Origin: a virus
Taxonomy: Duplodnaviria > Caudoviricetes
Virus record (IMG/VR): IMGVR_UViG_3300029317_000001
Coordinates: 1-62,805 of that record
Strand: one strand, 5' to 3'
Length of the DNA: 62,805 nt
Shown here: positions 8,256 to 15,899 of the stretch, one piece after another
Layout: each line of letters begins with the position of its first letter
How positions within the stretch are numbered: the first letter of the stretch is position 1
Translations under genes and position numbers: made by a program
The notes under the pieces: generated by a model
Seen by the model: only the letters and a program-made list of their open reading frames with translations
What the model was told of the DNA's origin: nothing
The model's database searches: none

Positions 8256-8345
8256 ATATCTAGTAAGTCACTTAGATTTCAACCGTAAACCCACCTCAGT
8301 CATATGTATTATGATTGCCTTATTCTTAATAGCAGGAAGTTTCTA

Positions 8346-8492
8346 ATGATTAAAGTAATAACCATACGTAAATCAGTTCGTAACACAATTGAATACCTAT
8401 CAGCAGCTAAAGGTATCTCAGTATCTCATGAAACCAAGCGACCTAACATGGCTCGTGTTCAACGTATGTTATCTAATCGTAGTACAACTTAG
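8346..8492 (+). CDS. Small hypothetical protein
   Basis: MIKVITIRK..., with AGGAAG upstream. Confidence 0.5.
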   Translation: MIKVITIRKSVRNTIEYLSAAKGISVSHETKRPNMARVQRMLSNRSTT

Positions 8493-8502
8493 GAGTAGAT
8501 GT

Positions 8503-8685
8503 ATGAACTTTAGAGTCGAGGGTAGAAGCTTAGAGGGGACTAATGAAGTCTTAACTATAGCAGCTAGAAGCAGTAAGGAAATCTTTAGTAACCCTGAGAA
8601 ACATGGGTTCACTAAGCTATATAAGGTTACTGCTATTAGTAATAGAAGAAGTCATGGGGAAGATAGGGATGCTAAGTATACCTAG
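8503..8685 (+). CDS. Small hypothetical protein
   Basis: MNFRVEGR..., with AGGAG RBS. Confidence 0.55.
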   Translation: MNFRVEGRSLEGTNEVLTIAARSSKEIFSNPEKHGFTKLYKVTAISNRRSHGEDRDAKYT

Positions 8686-8761
8686 GTAACCTTATGATTC
8701 TACTTCTTGTTTAAACTAGTAAGTAGATCCTTTGTTTCCCTTGGTTGTTCTTAGGTATTAG

Positions 8762-8791
8762 AGGGTAGCATACTTTGTGTTTCAATGTCAA
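8762..8791 (-). promoter_or_regulatory. Leftward (antisense) sigma70-like promoter, near-identical to 42540-42569
   Basis: TTGACATTGAAACACAAAGTATGCTACCCT; 28/30 identical to the + strand copy at 42540. Confidence 0.55.
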
Positions 8792-8809
8792 GTTAATTAG
8801 GAGATAAAC

Positions 8810-8917
8810 ATGAAAGAGTTTCTAAGTATTCCCTTAGTAAGAACCATAGTCAGTAATCTGCTTACGATAGTAGTAATCATTATCTGCGGTATTCTGCTGC
8901 ATCTATCCCTAGGATAA
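8810..8917 (+). CDS. Small membrane protein (35 aa)
   Basis: AGGAG RBS; MKEFLSIPLVRTIVSNLLTIVVIIICGILLHLSLG. Confidence 0.55.
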   Translation: MKEFLSIPLVRTIVSNLLTIVVIIICGILLHLSLG

Positions 8918-8925
8918 TCTTTCAA

Positions 8926-8964
8926 TCATAGGAATTCCTGAGTAACTTCAGTGAGTTCCTATGA
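8926..8964 (+). promoter_or_regulatory. Intergenic stem-loop, repeated at 10648-10684 (RNase III-like site)
   Basis: CATAGGAATTCCTGAGTAACTTC(A/G)GTGAGTTCCTATG in two intergenic gaps. Confidence 0.65.
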
Positions 8965-9044
8965 TGAAGTATTAATCTAACACCTATCACTGGTTCACAT
9001 GGACTACTGAAAATAGGGCGTTACCCACTACCACGGAGAATCAA

Positions 9045-9521
9045 ATGCTTAAATCACCACAGTTCGTACTAAAACACTTCATTGATGCAATCGAAGCTGA
9101 GAAAGAGTTCATCTTCGACATGAACAACTGGTATCGCAACCCAAATCAAGGCGCAGAGACCAAGCCCTTTGAAATCCCTAACACCTGTGGAACTAGCGCT
9201 TGTATCGCTGGTACTGTTGCTTATCGTTTGGATCCAAAGTCCAAGGTATCAGCTTCAACGATGATCATGGAGTGGGTTGGTCTTGACGTGGAAGATGTAT
9301 GGGGATCTCTAAAGGACGATGCAAGCTATGAAGATACATCCTGCGATTCGTGCCTCGACAAGATCTTCACTAGTGCGTACCTTTACGATAGCTATGACCT
9401 CGCAGATGTTGAGAAAGACGAAGTACTAAGCGTACTCAAGGGTCTCTTAGTTGAATTCCCTGACACTTGGGTTGAATTACTTGAGCTTATCGAAGGTATA
9501 ACCGAGGGGAGAGAAGACTAA
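9045..9521 (+). CDS. Hypothetical acidic protein with CGTxACIAG motif
   Basis: 158-aa ORF with GGAG RBS. Confidence 0.75.
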   Translation: MLKSPQFVLKHFIDAIEAEKEFIFDMNNWYRNPNQGAETKPFEIPNTCGTSACIAGTVAYRLDPKSKVSASTMIMEWVGLDVEDVWGSLKDDASYEDTSCDSCLDKIFTSAYLYDSYDLADVEKDEVLSVLKGLLVEFPDTWVELLELIEGITEGRED

Positions 9522-9566
9522 GGTATAACCAAAGTATAACCATAAGTATAACAACTGGAGAACAAC

Positions 9567-10043
9567 ATGTTTAAAGTAGGCGATAGAGTTAAAGTATTGA
9601 ACGTAGGAACCACTCGCGGCTTAACCGTAGGAGACATCCGAACCATTGATAATAGTTGGCAAGGAGAGAGTTATCGTTTAGGTGCTCCTCTTACTTGGGT
9701 ATCTGATGAGGAAATTGAACTAGTGAAACCTAAAGTCCAAATGGCTCGGCACAAAGCCCGTGGTAAACAAAGAGATGTCCGACGTTCTCAAGCAGAGCAG
9801 CATATCAAGAAGCATTGGTTAATTGATGTTAAACCAACGATACGCCACACTCCTGAGCAACGTCAGTTCTCCCTTGAATTCAAACAGACTTGCGTTAGAT
9901 TAGTAACATCAGGCCCTGTGGGAACTGCTGCTGTCTTGTCTAAGATGTTTCAACTAGCAGGTAATATTACTTACTGGAAGAAGCAGCAAGCAGATGGTCA
10001 CTTTGATATCAATCGTGCTGTTGCATTTAGTAGACAATCATAA
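9567..10043 (+). CDS. SH3/KOW-like N-terminus fused to an IS3 OrfA-like HTH domain
   Basis: FKVGDRVKV N-terminus; C-terminal RQFSLEFKQTCVRLV...LSKMFQL...YWKKQ resembles HTH_Tnp_1. Confidence 0.45.
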   Translation: MFKVGDRVKVLNVGTTRGLTVGDIRTIDNSWQGESYRLGAPLTWVSDEEIELVKPKVQMARHKARGKQRDVRRSQAEQHIKKHWLIDVKPTIRHTPEQRQFSLEFKQTCVRLVTSGPVGTAAVLSKMFQLAGNITYWKKQQADGHFDINRAVAFSRQS

Positions 10044-10057
10044 ACAGGAGAATACTA

Positions 10058-10456
10058 ATGCTTAAAGTAAACGATAGAGTTGTAGTTAAGGATCACTCAG
10101 GTAATCCCACAAACTGCCAGAACGGTGACAAGGGTACCGTGAAACAAATACCATACCGCGGTGCGACAATCCGTGTGGAACTAGATAACGGAGGTACCTG
10201 TGCTATGTTTGAGCACCGCTTTGAGTTACTGGGACACAAACATAAGGATGTAATAATCCGATGGGCTAAAGGCGCTGAGATTGAGGTAAGAGCCTTTGGA
10301 GGCCGTTGGATAGTCACAGAATCACCTGACTGGTGTAGGTCTTTGGAATATCGTGTGAAACCTGAGCTCACTGAGCAGCAACTGGAAATCAAGCGTATTG
10401 AAGAAGAGATGCGTAAGTTAGCAGAAGATCTTCATAAGCTTCAAGGAGGTAACTAA
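10058..10456 (+). CDS. Hypothetical protein with SH3/KOW-like N-terminus
   Basis: LKVNDRVVV; W...EYRVKP motif common in phage accessory proteins. Confidence 0.7.
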   Translation: MLKVNDRVVVKDHSGNPTNCQNGDKGTVKQIPYRGATIRVELDNGGTCAMFEHRFELLGHKHKDVIIRWAKGAEIEVRAFGGRWIVTESPDWCRSLEYRVKPELTEQQLEIKRIEEEMRKLAEDLHKLQGGN

Positions 10457-10641
10457 TGAGTTTCATATTACTAGCAGTATTCTTCATCGCCATGTATTAC
10501 ATCATCAAGCGTTTGTTTAGAGCTAAGAAGCGTGTGGATCGTAATCATGACATCCAGCATACCATTGATGATGTGATAGCTGATCAAGAAGCCGATGAAC
10601 TTCAGTCCGTTCTCGATGAACTCGAAGACAACGAAAAGTAG
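10456..10641 (+). CDS. Small single-TM membrane protein
   Basis: Hydrophobic N-terminus, acidic tail; translationally coupled to the previous ORF. Confidence 0.7.
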   Translation: MSFILLAVFFIAMYYIIKRLFRAKKRVDRNHDIQHTIDDVIADQEADELQSVLDELEDNEK

Positions 10642-10717
10642 TTCAACCATAGGAATTCCTGAGTAACTTCGGTGAGTTCCTATGCTGAAACACTTTCATC
10701 AACAGGAGTACAACTAA

Positions 10718-12028
10718 ATGAGTAAGAAATTAGCAATTACCGCAGGTATCGTAGCAGCTTCAGCATTGACCGTAGCCATAGGATACAGCAGTGTCATGGG
10801 ATACAATGAAGCCACTGAACGTCATGTTGCCGTTACGTACTACGGTAACACTAAGGAAGTAAACACAGCTGGCCCTTTCTACTATGGCAACGGTATGTAT
10901 GAAAGCTACAAGAACTCCCTACGAACCGTTAGAACACCTCAAGGACGTGCTTGTGATTATGAACAGCAGGATGGTTTCATAGTTCAGTACGGTGACGGTG
11001 GTAAAGGTAGCATCTGTGCACAATTAGATACGCCAACGCCTACAGGTTCATCAGGTGATAAGGATGCCGAGGGTAATGACATTGGTATGTTAACCAAGTT
11101 GCATCTTAAATACTACACTGAAACTGGTGTACGTAACAAACTACTTGACCCTGAGTTCCGTTCGTTGTTTACTAAGACAGCAGAACTGTTCACTTCAACT
11201 GAAGCCTATGAAACCAAGCGTTCACAGATAGCCGCAGCGTTACAAGATCAATTACGAAATGGTGCTTATGTTACCATTGTTAAGGATCGTGAAATTGTGG
11301 TAGGTGTGAATGATGATGGCACTGAGTTAACTCAGACAAAAGGTTTCTCGATGATCAAGTACAGTTCATATGATAAGAAAGGGAATCCTACTGGAACACC
11401 TTTGTATCAACCGAACGTATTTGAAGCTTGGGACATGACTAATATTCAGGTGACTGTTACGGGTTATGACTTCGAAGCTAAGACTATGACACAGATAGCT
11501 GATCGTCGTGATGCTGCTAACCGTGGTCAAACAGCGCAAGCGAATGCTAAGGCTGCTTACTGGGAAGGTGAACAAGCTAAGGCTGATGGTGAAACCAAGC
11601 GTATCAAAGCACAAGCTGCCGCTGAGATTCAGAACGCTCCTAAGATTGCCGATGCTAACCGTGATGCTGCGTTAGCTATCATCGAAGCAACCAAGCAAAA
11701 GGACAAGGCGAAAGAACTTGAGAAAGCTGCGATCGCTCGTACTGGTCAGAAAACTCAGGAAGCATTAGCTGCCGTACAGGAAGCCAAGGTAATCACTACT
11801 CTTGCTAAAGCTGAAGCGTACAAGTTAGATACAATGCAAGCCGCTGGTAAATTGTTTAAAGAGATTGATGCTCAAGTAGCAATGAATGCTGACATCGCTC
11901 AGGCTCTTGGTGTCATGAACGTACCATCGACAATGATCATTGGTGGTAACGATTCTAAAGATGGCTCTAACGAAATGCAGAAGTTACTACAGTTGCAAGT
12001 GTTAAAGTCTGTTAAAGACATGCAATAA
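10718..12028 (+). CDS. SPFH/Band-7-like membrane protein
   Basis: N-terminal TM, SPFH-like core, Ala/Glu/Lys coiled coil and VPSTMIIGG tail typical of phage band-7 proteins. Confidence 0.65.
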   Translation: MSKKLAITAGIVAASALTVAIGYSSVMGYNEATERHVAVTYYGNTKEVNTAGPFYYGNGMYESYKNSLRTVRTPQGRACDYEQQDGFIVQYGDGGKGSICAQLDTPTPTGSSGDKDAEGNDIGMLTKLHLKYYTETGVRNKLLDPEFRSLFTKTAELFTSTEAYETKRSQIAAALQDQLRNGAYVTIVKDREIVVGVNDDGTELTQTKGFSMIKYSSYDKKGNPTGTPLYQPNVFEAWDMTNIQVTVTGYDFEAKTMTQIADRRDAANRGQTAQANAKAAYWEGEQAKADGETKRIKAQAAAEIQNAPKIADANRDAALAIIEATKQKDKAKELEKAAIARTGQKTQEALAAVQEAKVITTLAKAEAYKLDTMQAAGKLFKEIDAQVAMNADIAQALGVMNVPSTMIIGGNDSKDGSNEMQKLLQLQVLKSVKDMQ

Positions 12029-12038
12029 GGAGAAACAT

Positions 12039-12296
12039 ATGTCACTCGGATTTCTACTGTTAATACTTTGGGTCTTCGTCTTCGACATGGACCTCATCGT
12101 AGGTATTCTCATGCTAGCCCTTAGTGGTTGGTTTGGAGGTGACCTTGATGATGCCATTGTTGAGAAGTTAGAGACAGTGCCGCATGAACAGGTTATCAAA
12201 GCAGACCATCCCATTGATACATCAACGTTAAGCAGCAAGGAAACTTGTGAAGCCGAGGACGGTGTTTGGGTTCCTGAACAGAATACCTGCTACTAA
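12039..12296 (+). CDS. Small membrane protein
   Basis: Hydrophobic N-terminus; C-terminal C...GVW...C. Confidence 0.65.
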   Translation: MSLGFLLLILWVFVFDMDLIVGILMLALSGWFGGDLDDAIVEKLETVPHEQVIKADHPIDTSTLSSKETCEAEDGVWVPEQNTCY

Positions 12297-12374
12297 AGTT
12301 TGCTATAACCACTTAGAGTCTTAGGTGGTTATGTCGAATAGGAGGTTACCCTACTTAATCAACTGGAGAACGTT

Positions 12375-12887
12375 ATGAAACATGATATAGACTGGAGTAA
12401 GAGCCACAACGGTGTGATGTTATGTACTCTGGAGCAAACAAAGGAACTAATGCCTGAGGTAATGCCTCTATTGAACGAGCTTGAGCTTGAGGAATCATGG
12501 GAACATTACTTAATTGATGTAAAAGTACACATGCTTATGCCGCAGCAGTATCCTTGTATACCTAATTGGCACTTTGATTTCCTTCCTAGGGATTCCTATG
12601 GTGAAAGAACCGAAGGAGCCAAGAGTGAACGGAAGATGTACATGTGGTTATCAGCCGCACCTCTTACATTATACAAAGATTCATCGGGTGAATTCACGAA
12701 ACCAGCTCAACAATGGCATTCATTCACTCAACACGATTTACATAGAGGACAGATGAGCGAAGATCACGTATGGCGATGCTTTATACGAGTGATACCTAAG
12801 TCATTTGTTCATGAAACCACTATAAACATGGGACAGCAACGTAGACACATTCAGGTCTATGCTGATTCTAGAAAGTTTAAGTGGTAA
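12375..12887 (+). CDS. Putative 2OG-Fe(II) dioxygenase-fold protein
   Basis: PNWHFD (HxD) ... LHRG ... RCFIRV pattern of a double-stranded beta-helix oxygenase. Confidence 0.55.
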   Translation: MKHDIDWSKSHNGVMLCTLEQTKELMPEVMPLLNELELEESWEHYLIDVKVHMLMPQQYPCIPNWHFDFLPRDSYGERTEGAKSERKMYMWLSAAPLTLYKDSSGEFTKPAQQWHSFTQHDLHRGQMSEDHVWRCFIRVIPKSFVHETTINMGQQRRHIQVYADSRKFKW

Positions 12888-12919
12888 GAGATCGGTATCA
12901 AAGTGGAAACCTACCATGT

Positions 12920-13069
12920 GACTAGGTTGAAGCAACGATACGACAGCTTTTATGCAGGACTTAGCCGTGGAGGTTAAGATAGCTAAAGCTTAGTAACTGG
13001 TGAAGAGGTCACATAGATCCAGTGAAGAGTGATGGTAATATGTTGTGCTTATAAACAATCCTAGCGCCA
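12920..13069 (+). ncRNA. Candidate CCA-terminated structured ncRNA
   Basis: Ends pair (CTAGG 12922 / CCTAG 13060), followed by CGCCA; internal helices TTAGC/GCTAA and ACTGG/CCAGT. Confidence 0.35.
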
Positions 13070-13077
13070 AATTCAAT

Positions 13078-13230
13078 GCCCGAGTAGCTCAGTGTTAGAG
13101 CGCCCAATTCCAAGCCCTTAGCTCAGTTGGTTAGAGCGTCGACTTAGCGGTCGAAGGTCACACGTTCAAGTCGTGTAGGGCTTACCAACCTATGGGAGGT
13201 CGACTGTTAGATTCAGTCCTCGGGAACCCA
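13078..13230 (+). ncRNA. Outer tRNA-like frame whose anticodon loop is replaced by a complete tRNA-like gene
   Basis: Acceptor GCCCGAG/CTCGGGA, D-arm GCTC-AGTGTTA-GAGC, stem CCCA/TGGG, variable AGGTC, T-arm GACTG-TTAGATT-CAGTC, 3' ACCCA. Confidence 0.7.
13112..13187 (+). tRNA. tRNA-like gene with a 6-nt anticodon loop (isotype undetermined), nested
   Basis: Perfect acceptor AAGCCCT/AGGGCTT, canonical D- and T-arms, TCGAC-TTAGCG-GTCGA, 3' ACCA. Confidence 0.8.
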
Positions 13231-13233
13231 TTT

Positions 13234-13412
13234 GCCCACATCAGTCTCATGACACATAGCGATTAATTACCGCGTTCCAGTGTGTTGTGTCTATTGGCGA
13301 CCAAGAAGCATCTTGGAGACTGTCTCGTTAAAAGAAAGCTACTGTCATACTAGTCTCAGGGCAGTATTAAGTACTTAAACGGGTGGAGGTTCGATTCCTT
13401 GTGTGAGCACCA
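13234..13412 (+). ncRNA. 179-nt tRNA-mimic ncRNA (acceptor + T-arm + CCA with two branched insert domains)
   Basis: GCCCACA/TGTGAGC-A-CCA, T-arm GAGG-TTCGATT-CCTT, helices CAGTCTC/GAGACTG, CCAAGA/TCTTGG, CTCGTT/AACGGG and TACTGTC/GGCAGTA. Confidence 0.65.
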
Positions 13413-13446
13413 ATTTCAAAACAATCGTATAACTCTAGGAGAACAC

Positions 13447-13632
13447 ATGAAAATAACTAAACAGCCTCAACCTCCTACGTTCGCTCTAGTACTAACTGAG
13501 AAAGAACTAATAGCTATCAAGGAAGCGCTACGTTTTGATTACTACAACAGACATTCAGAGGATGTTGTATTAGAAACCCGTAGACTACAGGATAACTTGT
13601 GGGAACAAATCAACGAAATAACAGAAGGATAA
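13447..13632 (+). CDS. Small hypothetical protein (shares its N-terminus with the next ORF)
   Basis: MKITKQPQPPTFALVLTEKEL; AGGAG RBS. Confidence 0.7.
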   Translation: MKITKQPQPPTFALVLTEKELIAIKEALRFDYYNRHSEDVVLETRRLQDNLWEQINEITEG

Positions 13633-13635
13633 CTC

Positions 13636-13881
13636 ATGAACATTACTAAGAAACCGCAGCCTCCTATGTTTACCATGGAACTAACTGAGAAAGAACTCAA
13701 GATTATGATGGCTACGGTTGTCGTTGAGGTTCTTAATGAATGCCTAAGCCAAGGTCAATTTAATATTAACATAGACCAACGGGTGGACTACGGTACCTCA
13801 GGGTACAACGATTTCAAAGGTGTGACGTACATCTCCGAGCCACGCGCTACGTTAGGCTGTGGTTACGGTTTCTCATTATAA
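13636..13881 (+). CDS. Small hypothetical protein (paralogous N-terminus)
   Basis: MNITKKPQPPMFTMELTEKEL. Confidence 0.65.
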   Translation: MNITKKPQPPMFTMELTEKELKIMMATVVVEVLNECLSQGQFNINIDQRVDYGTSGYNDFKGVTYISEPRATLGCGYGFSL

Positions 13882-13919
13882 ATTAGATACTAATCAACGA
13901 AATAACAAAAGGATAACTC

Positions 13920-15899
13920 ATGAAATTTACTAACATGAAGCAAGCAGTATCAGTACAGTTTACTAAGATGGCCGCAGGTGCTCAGTTACTTGAAGTAGAT
14001 ATTAACAAGTATGAACTCTGGGATCTTTACTTATCATCGTTTCCCGAGGGAACCAACCCGATATTTAGAGAACGCACGGAACATGATTGCAACTGTTGTA
14101 AGTCGTTCATTCGCAAAGGTGGCAATGTAGTAGCGTTCATTGGTAACGAGTTAGTAAGCATATGGGACATTGAGATAGGCGGACACTACCAAGTAGTAGC
14201 AGACGCTCTATCAGCATTCGTTAAAGCTGCGGCAATCAAGACCATCTTCTTGCATGATGAAAAGAACATAGGTCAGGATAGAACCTTGGAAATCAATGCT
14301 GGCGGCACGATCACTTGGAATCACTTCCACCAAGAGTTACCATCGTTCTGCGTGAAGCCAAAAAGTGACATTGCTACGCTCAAGGGCAAAGCAGTCAACA
14401 ACTACAACGTGTTAAAGCGTTCATTAACCGAGATTACCTCGGATGCTATAGTCGCTGTGTCGGACCTAATCTCTGAGAAAGCTCTGTACCGTGGCGAAGA
14501 ACATAAGTCTCGCGTTCAGCAGTTGAGAGACCTACAGGTTGGTTACGGCAGCGCAAGCAATAAAGAAGAATTCCTTTGGACTACATCGATTAACTTAGGT
14601 GAAGCATCAGGATTTAGAAACTCAGTCATTGGTACACTATTGGTTGATCTATCTACTGGCGTTGAACTTGAGAAAGCGGTGAAGTCTTTCGAAACCAAGG
14701 TAGCACCTGCTAACTATAAGCGAAGCTCTGCTCTGATTACTCAAGCCATGATCAATCGTGCCTCTGAGACTATTGGTGAGTTAGGTTTTGAACCAACCAT
14801 CCCAAGACGTGATGCTGTTCTAAGTGACCTAACGATAAACAACGTGATCTATGCTGATAGCTCTGCTCAGAAAGCAATGGGTGTCCTTGATATCCTCAGC
14901 CCTACGGCTCCTGTAGCCAGCAAAGGGAAACCTGTTGATATTAGTATCGAAGACTTCATCGCCACCGTAGTCCCTAAGACGCAATCTATGGAGTTATTGT
15001 TAGCGAATGAACACCAAGCTAACTTCATGACTTTAGTGGCTCCAGTTAACTCTGAGGCACCTAATATGCTTAAGTGGGATAACAACTTCACTTGGGCTTA
15101 CGATGGTGACGTGACTGACTCTGGTATGAAAGAGAACGTCAAGGCCGCTGGTGGTCGTACTGATGGTGTATTAAGATTCAGTATACAATGGAATACTCCA
15201 GATGAACCTCATCGTTCTGACTTGGATGCTCATTGTCGTGAAGCAGATGGTAGTCATATTAGCTTTAGTAACCATTGTGGCGGTATGAACTCAGGTACTC
15301 TTGATGTTGATATCACTAACCCTCACCGTGTAGCAGTAGAGAACATAATCTTCACAGACCTTAACAAGATGCCTGATGGTAACTATAAGTTCTACGTGAA
15401 CAACTACAGTCGTAGATTAGGAGGTAGCTTCACTGCTGAGATTGAGTTCGCAGGTCAACTGTATTCATTCTATCATCAAGGTACAGTGATGCGTGATGTT
15501 GCTGTTGGTACCGTGAACAAGAAAGGTAATGTGTTGGAACTCCGCGATAACATGGGTCACACCTTGTCAGTGCAAGACAAATGGGGCTTGAAGTCTCAAC
15601 AGTTCCACAAAGTTGATGCTATGATGTTTAGCCCGAATCACTGGGACAACAACAAGTCAGGCAACAAGCATACGTTCTTCATTCTTAATGATTGTAAGAA
15701 CCCTGAGCCAGTACGTGGTTTCTATCCTGAGTTCCTTTCGGACTCATTGCATGACCATCGTAAGGTCTTTGAAATGCTTGGTAGTAAAATGAAAGCTGAA
15801 CAACGAGACGATCAAATGTCTGGTGTAGGCTTCTCTGAAACCATTCGTAACAACGTGACTGTCAAAGCTGATGGTCGTCAATATAACGTACAATTCTGA
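13920..15899 (+). CDS. Large conserved phage protein with a YfaP/TerD-like beta domain
   Basis: 659 aa; EHDCNCCKSF, LRFSIQWN...DLDAHC...LDVD...VENI motifs. Confidence 0.6.
   Translation: MKFTNMKQAVSVQFTKMAAGAQLLEVDINKYELWDLYLSSFPEGTNPIFRERTEHDCNCCKSFIRKGGNVVAFIGNELVSIWDIEIGGHYQVVADALSAFVKAAAIKTIFLHDEKNIGQDRTLEINAGGTITWNHFHQELPSFCVKPKSDIATLKGKAVNNYNVLKRSLTEITSDAIVAVSDLISEKALYRGEEHKSRVQQLRDLQVGYGSASNKEEFLWTTSINLGEASGFRNSVIGTLLVDLSTGVELEKAVKSFETKVAPANYKRSSALITQAMINRASETIGELGFEPTIPRRDAVLSDLTINNVIYADSSAQKAMGVLDILSPTAPVASKGKPVDISIEDFIATVVPKTQSMELLLANEHQANFMTLVAPVNSEAPNMLKWDNNFTWAYDGDVTDSGMKENVKAAGGRTDGVLRFSIQWNTPDEPHRSDLDAHCREADGSHISFSNHCGGMNSGTLDVDITNPHRVAVENIIFTDLNKMPDGNYKFYVNNYSRRLGGSFTAEIEFAGQLYSFYHQGTVMRDVAVGTVNKKGNVLELRDNMGHTLSVQDKWGLKSQQFHKVDAMMFSPNHWDNNKSGNKHTFFILNDCKNPEPVRGFYPEFLSDSLHDHRKVFEMLGSKMKAEQRDDQMSGVGFSETIRNNVTVKADGRQYNVQF

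Noticed and set aside
9567-10043. Insertion sequence
   Set aside because: Only an OrfA-like HTH resemblance; no DDE transposase, inverted repeats or target duplication
13078-13230. tRNA interrupted by a group I intron or by an integration (att) event
   Set aside because: The insert is itself a 76-nt cloverleaf without group I core elements; removing it does not restore a clean 7-nt loop; no integrase was found
13234-13412. tmRNA
   Set aside because: About half the usual length, no GGGGC 5' end or G3:U70 pair, and no convincing tag ORF
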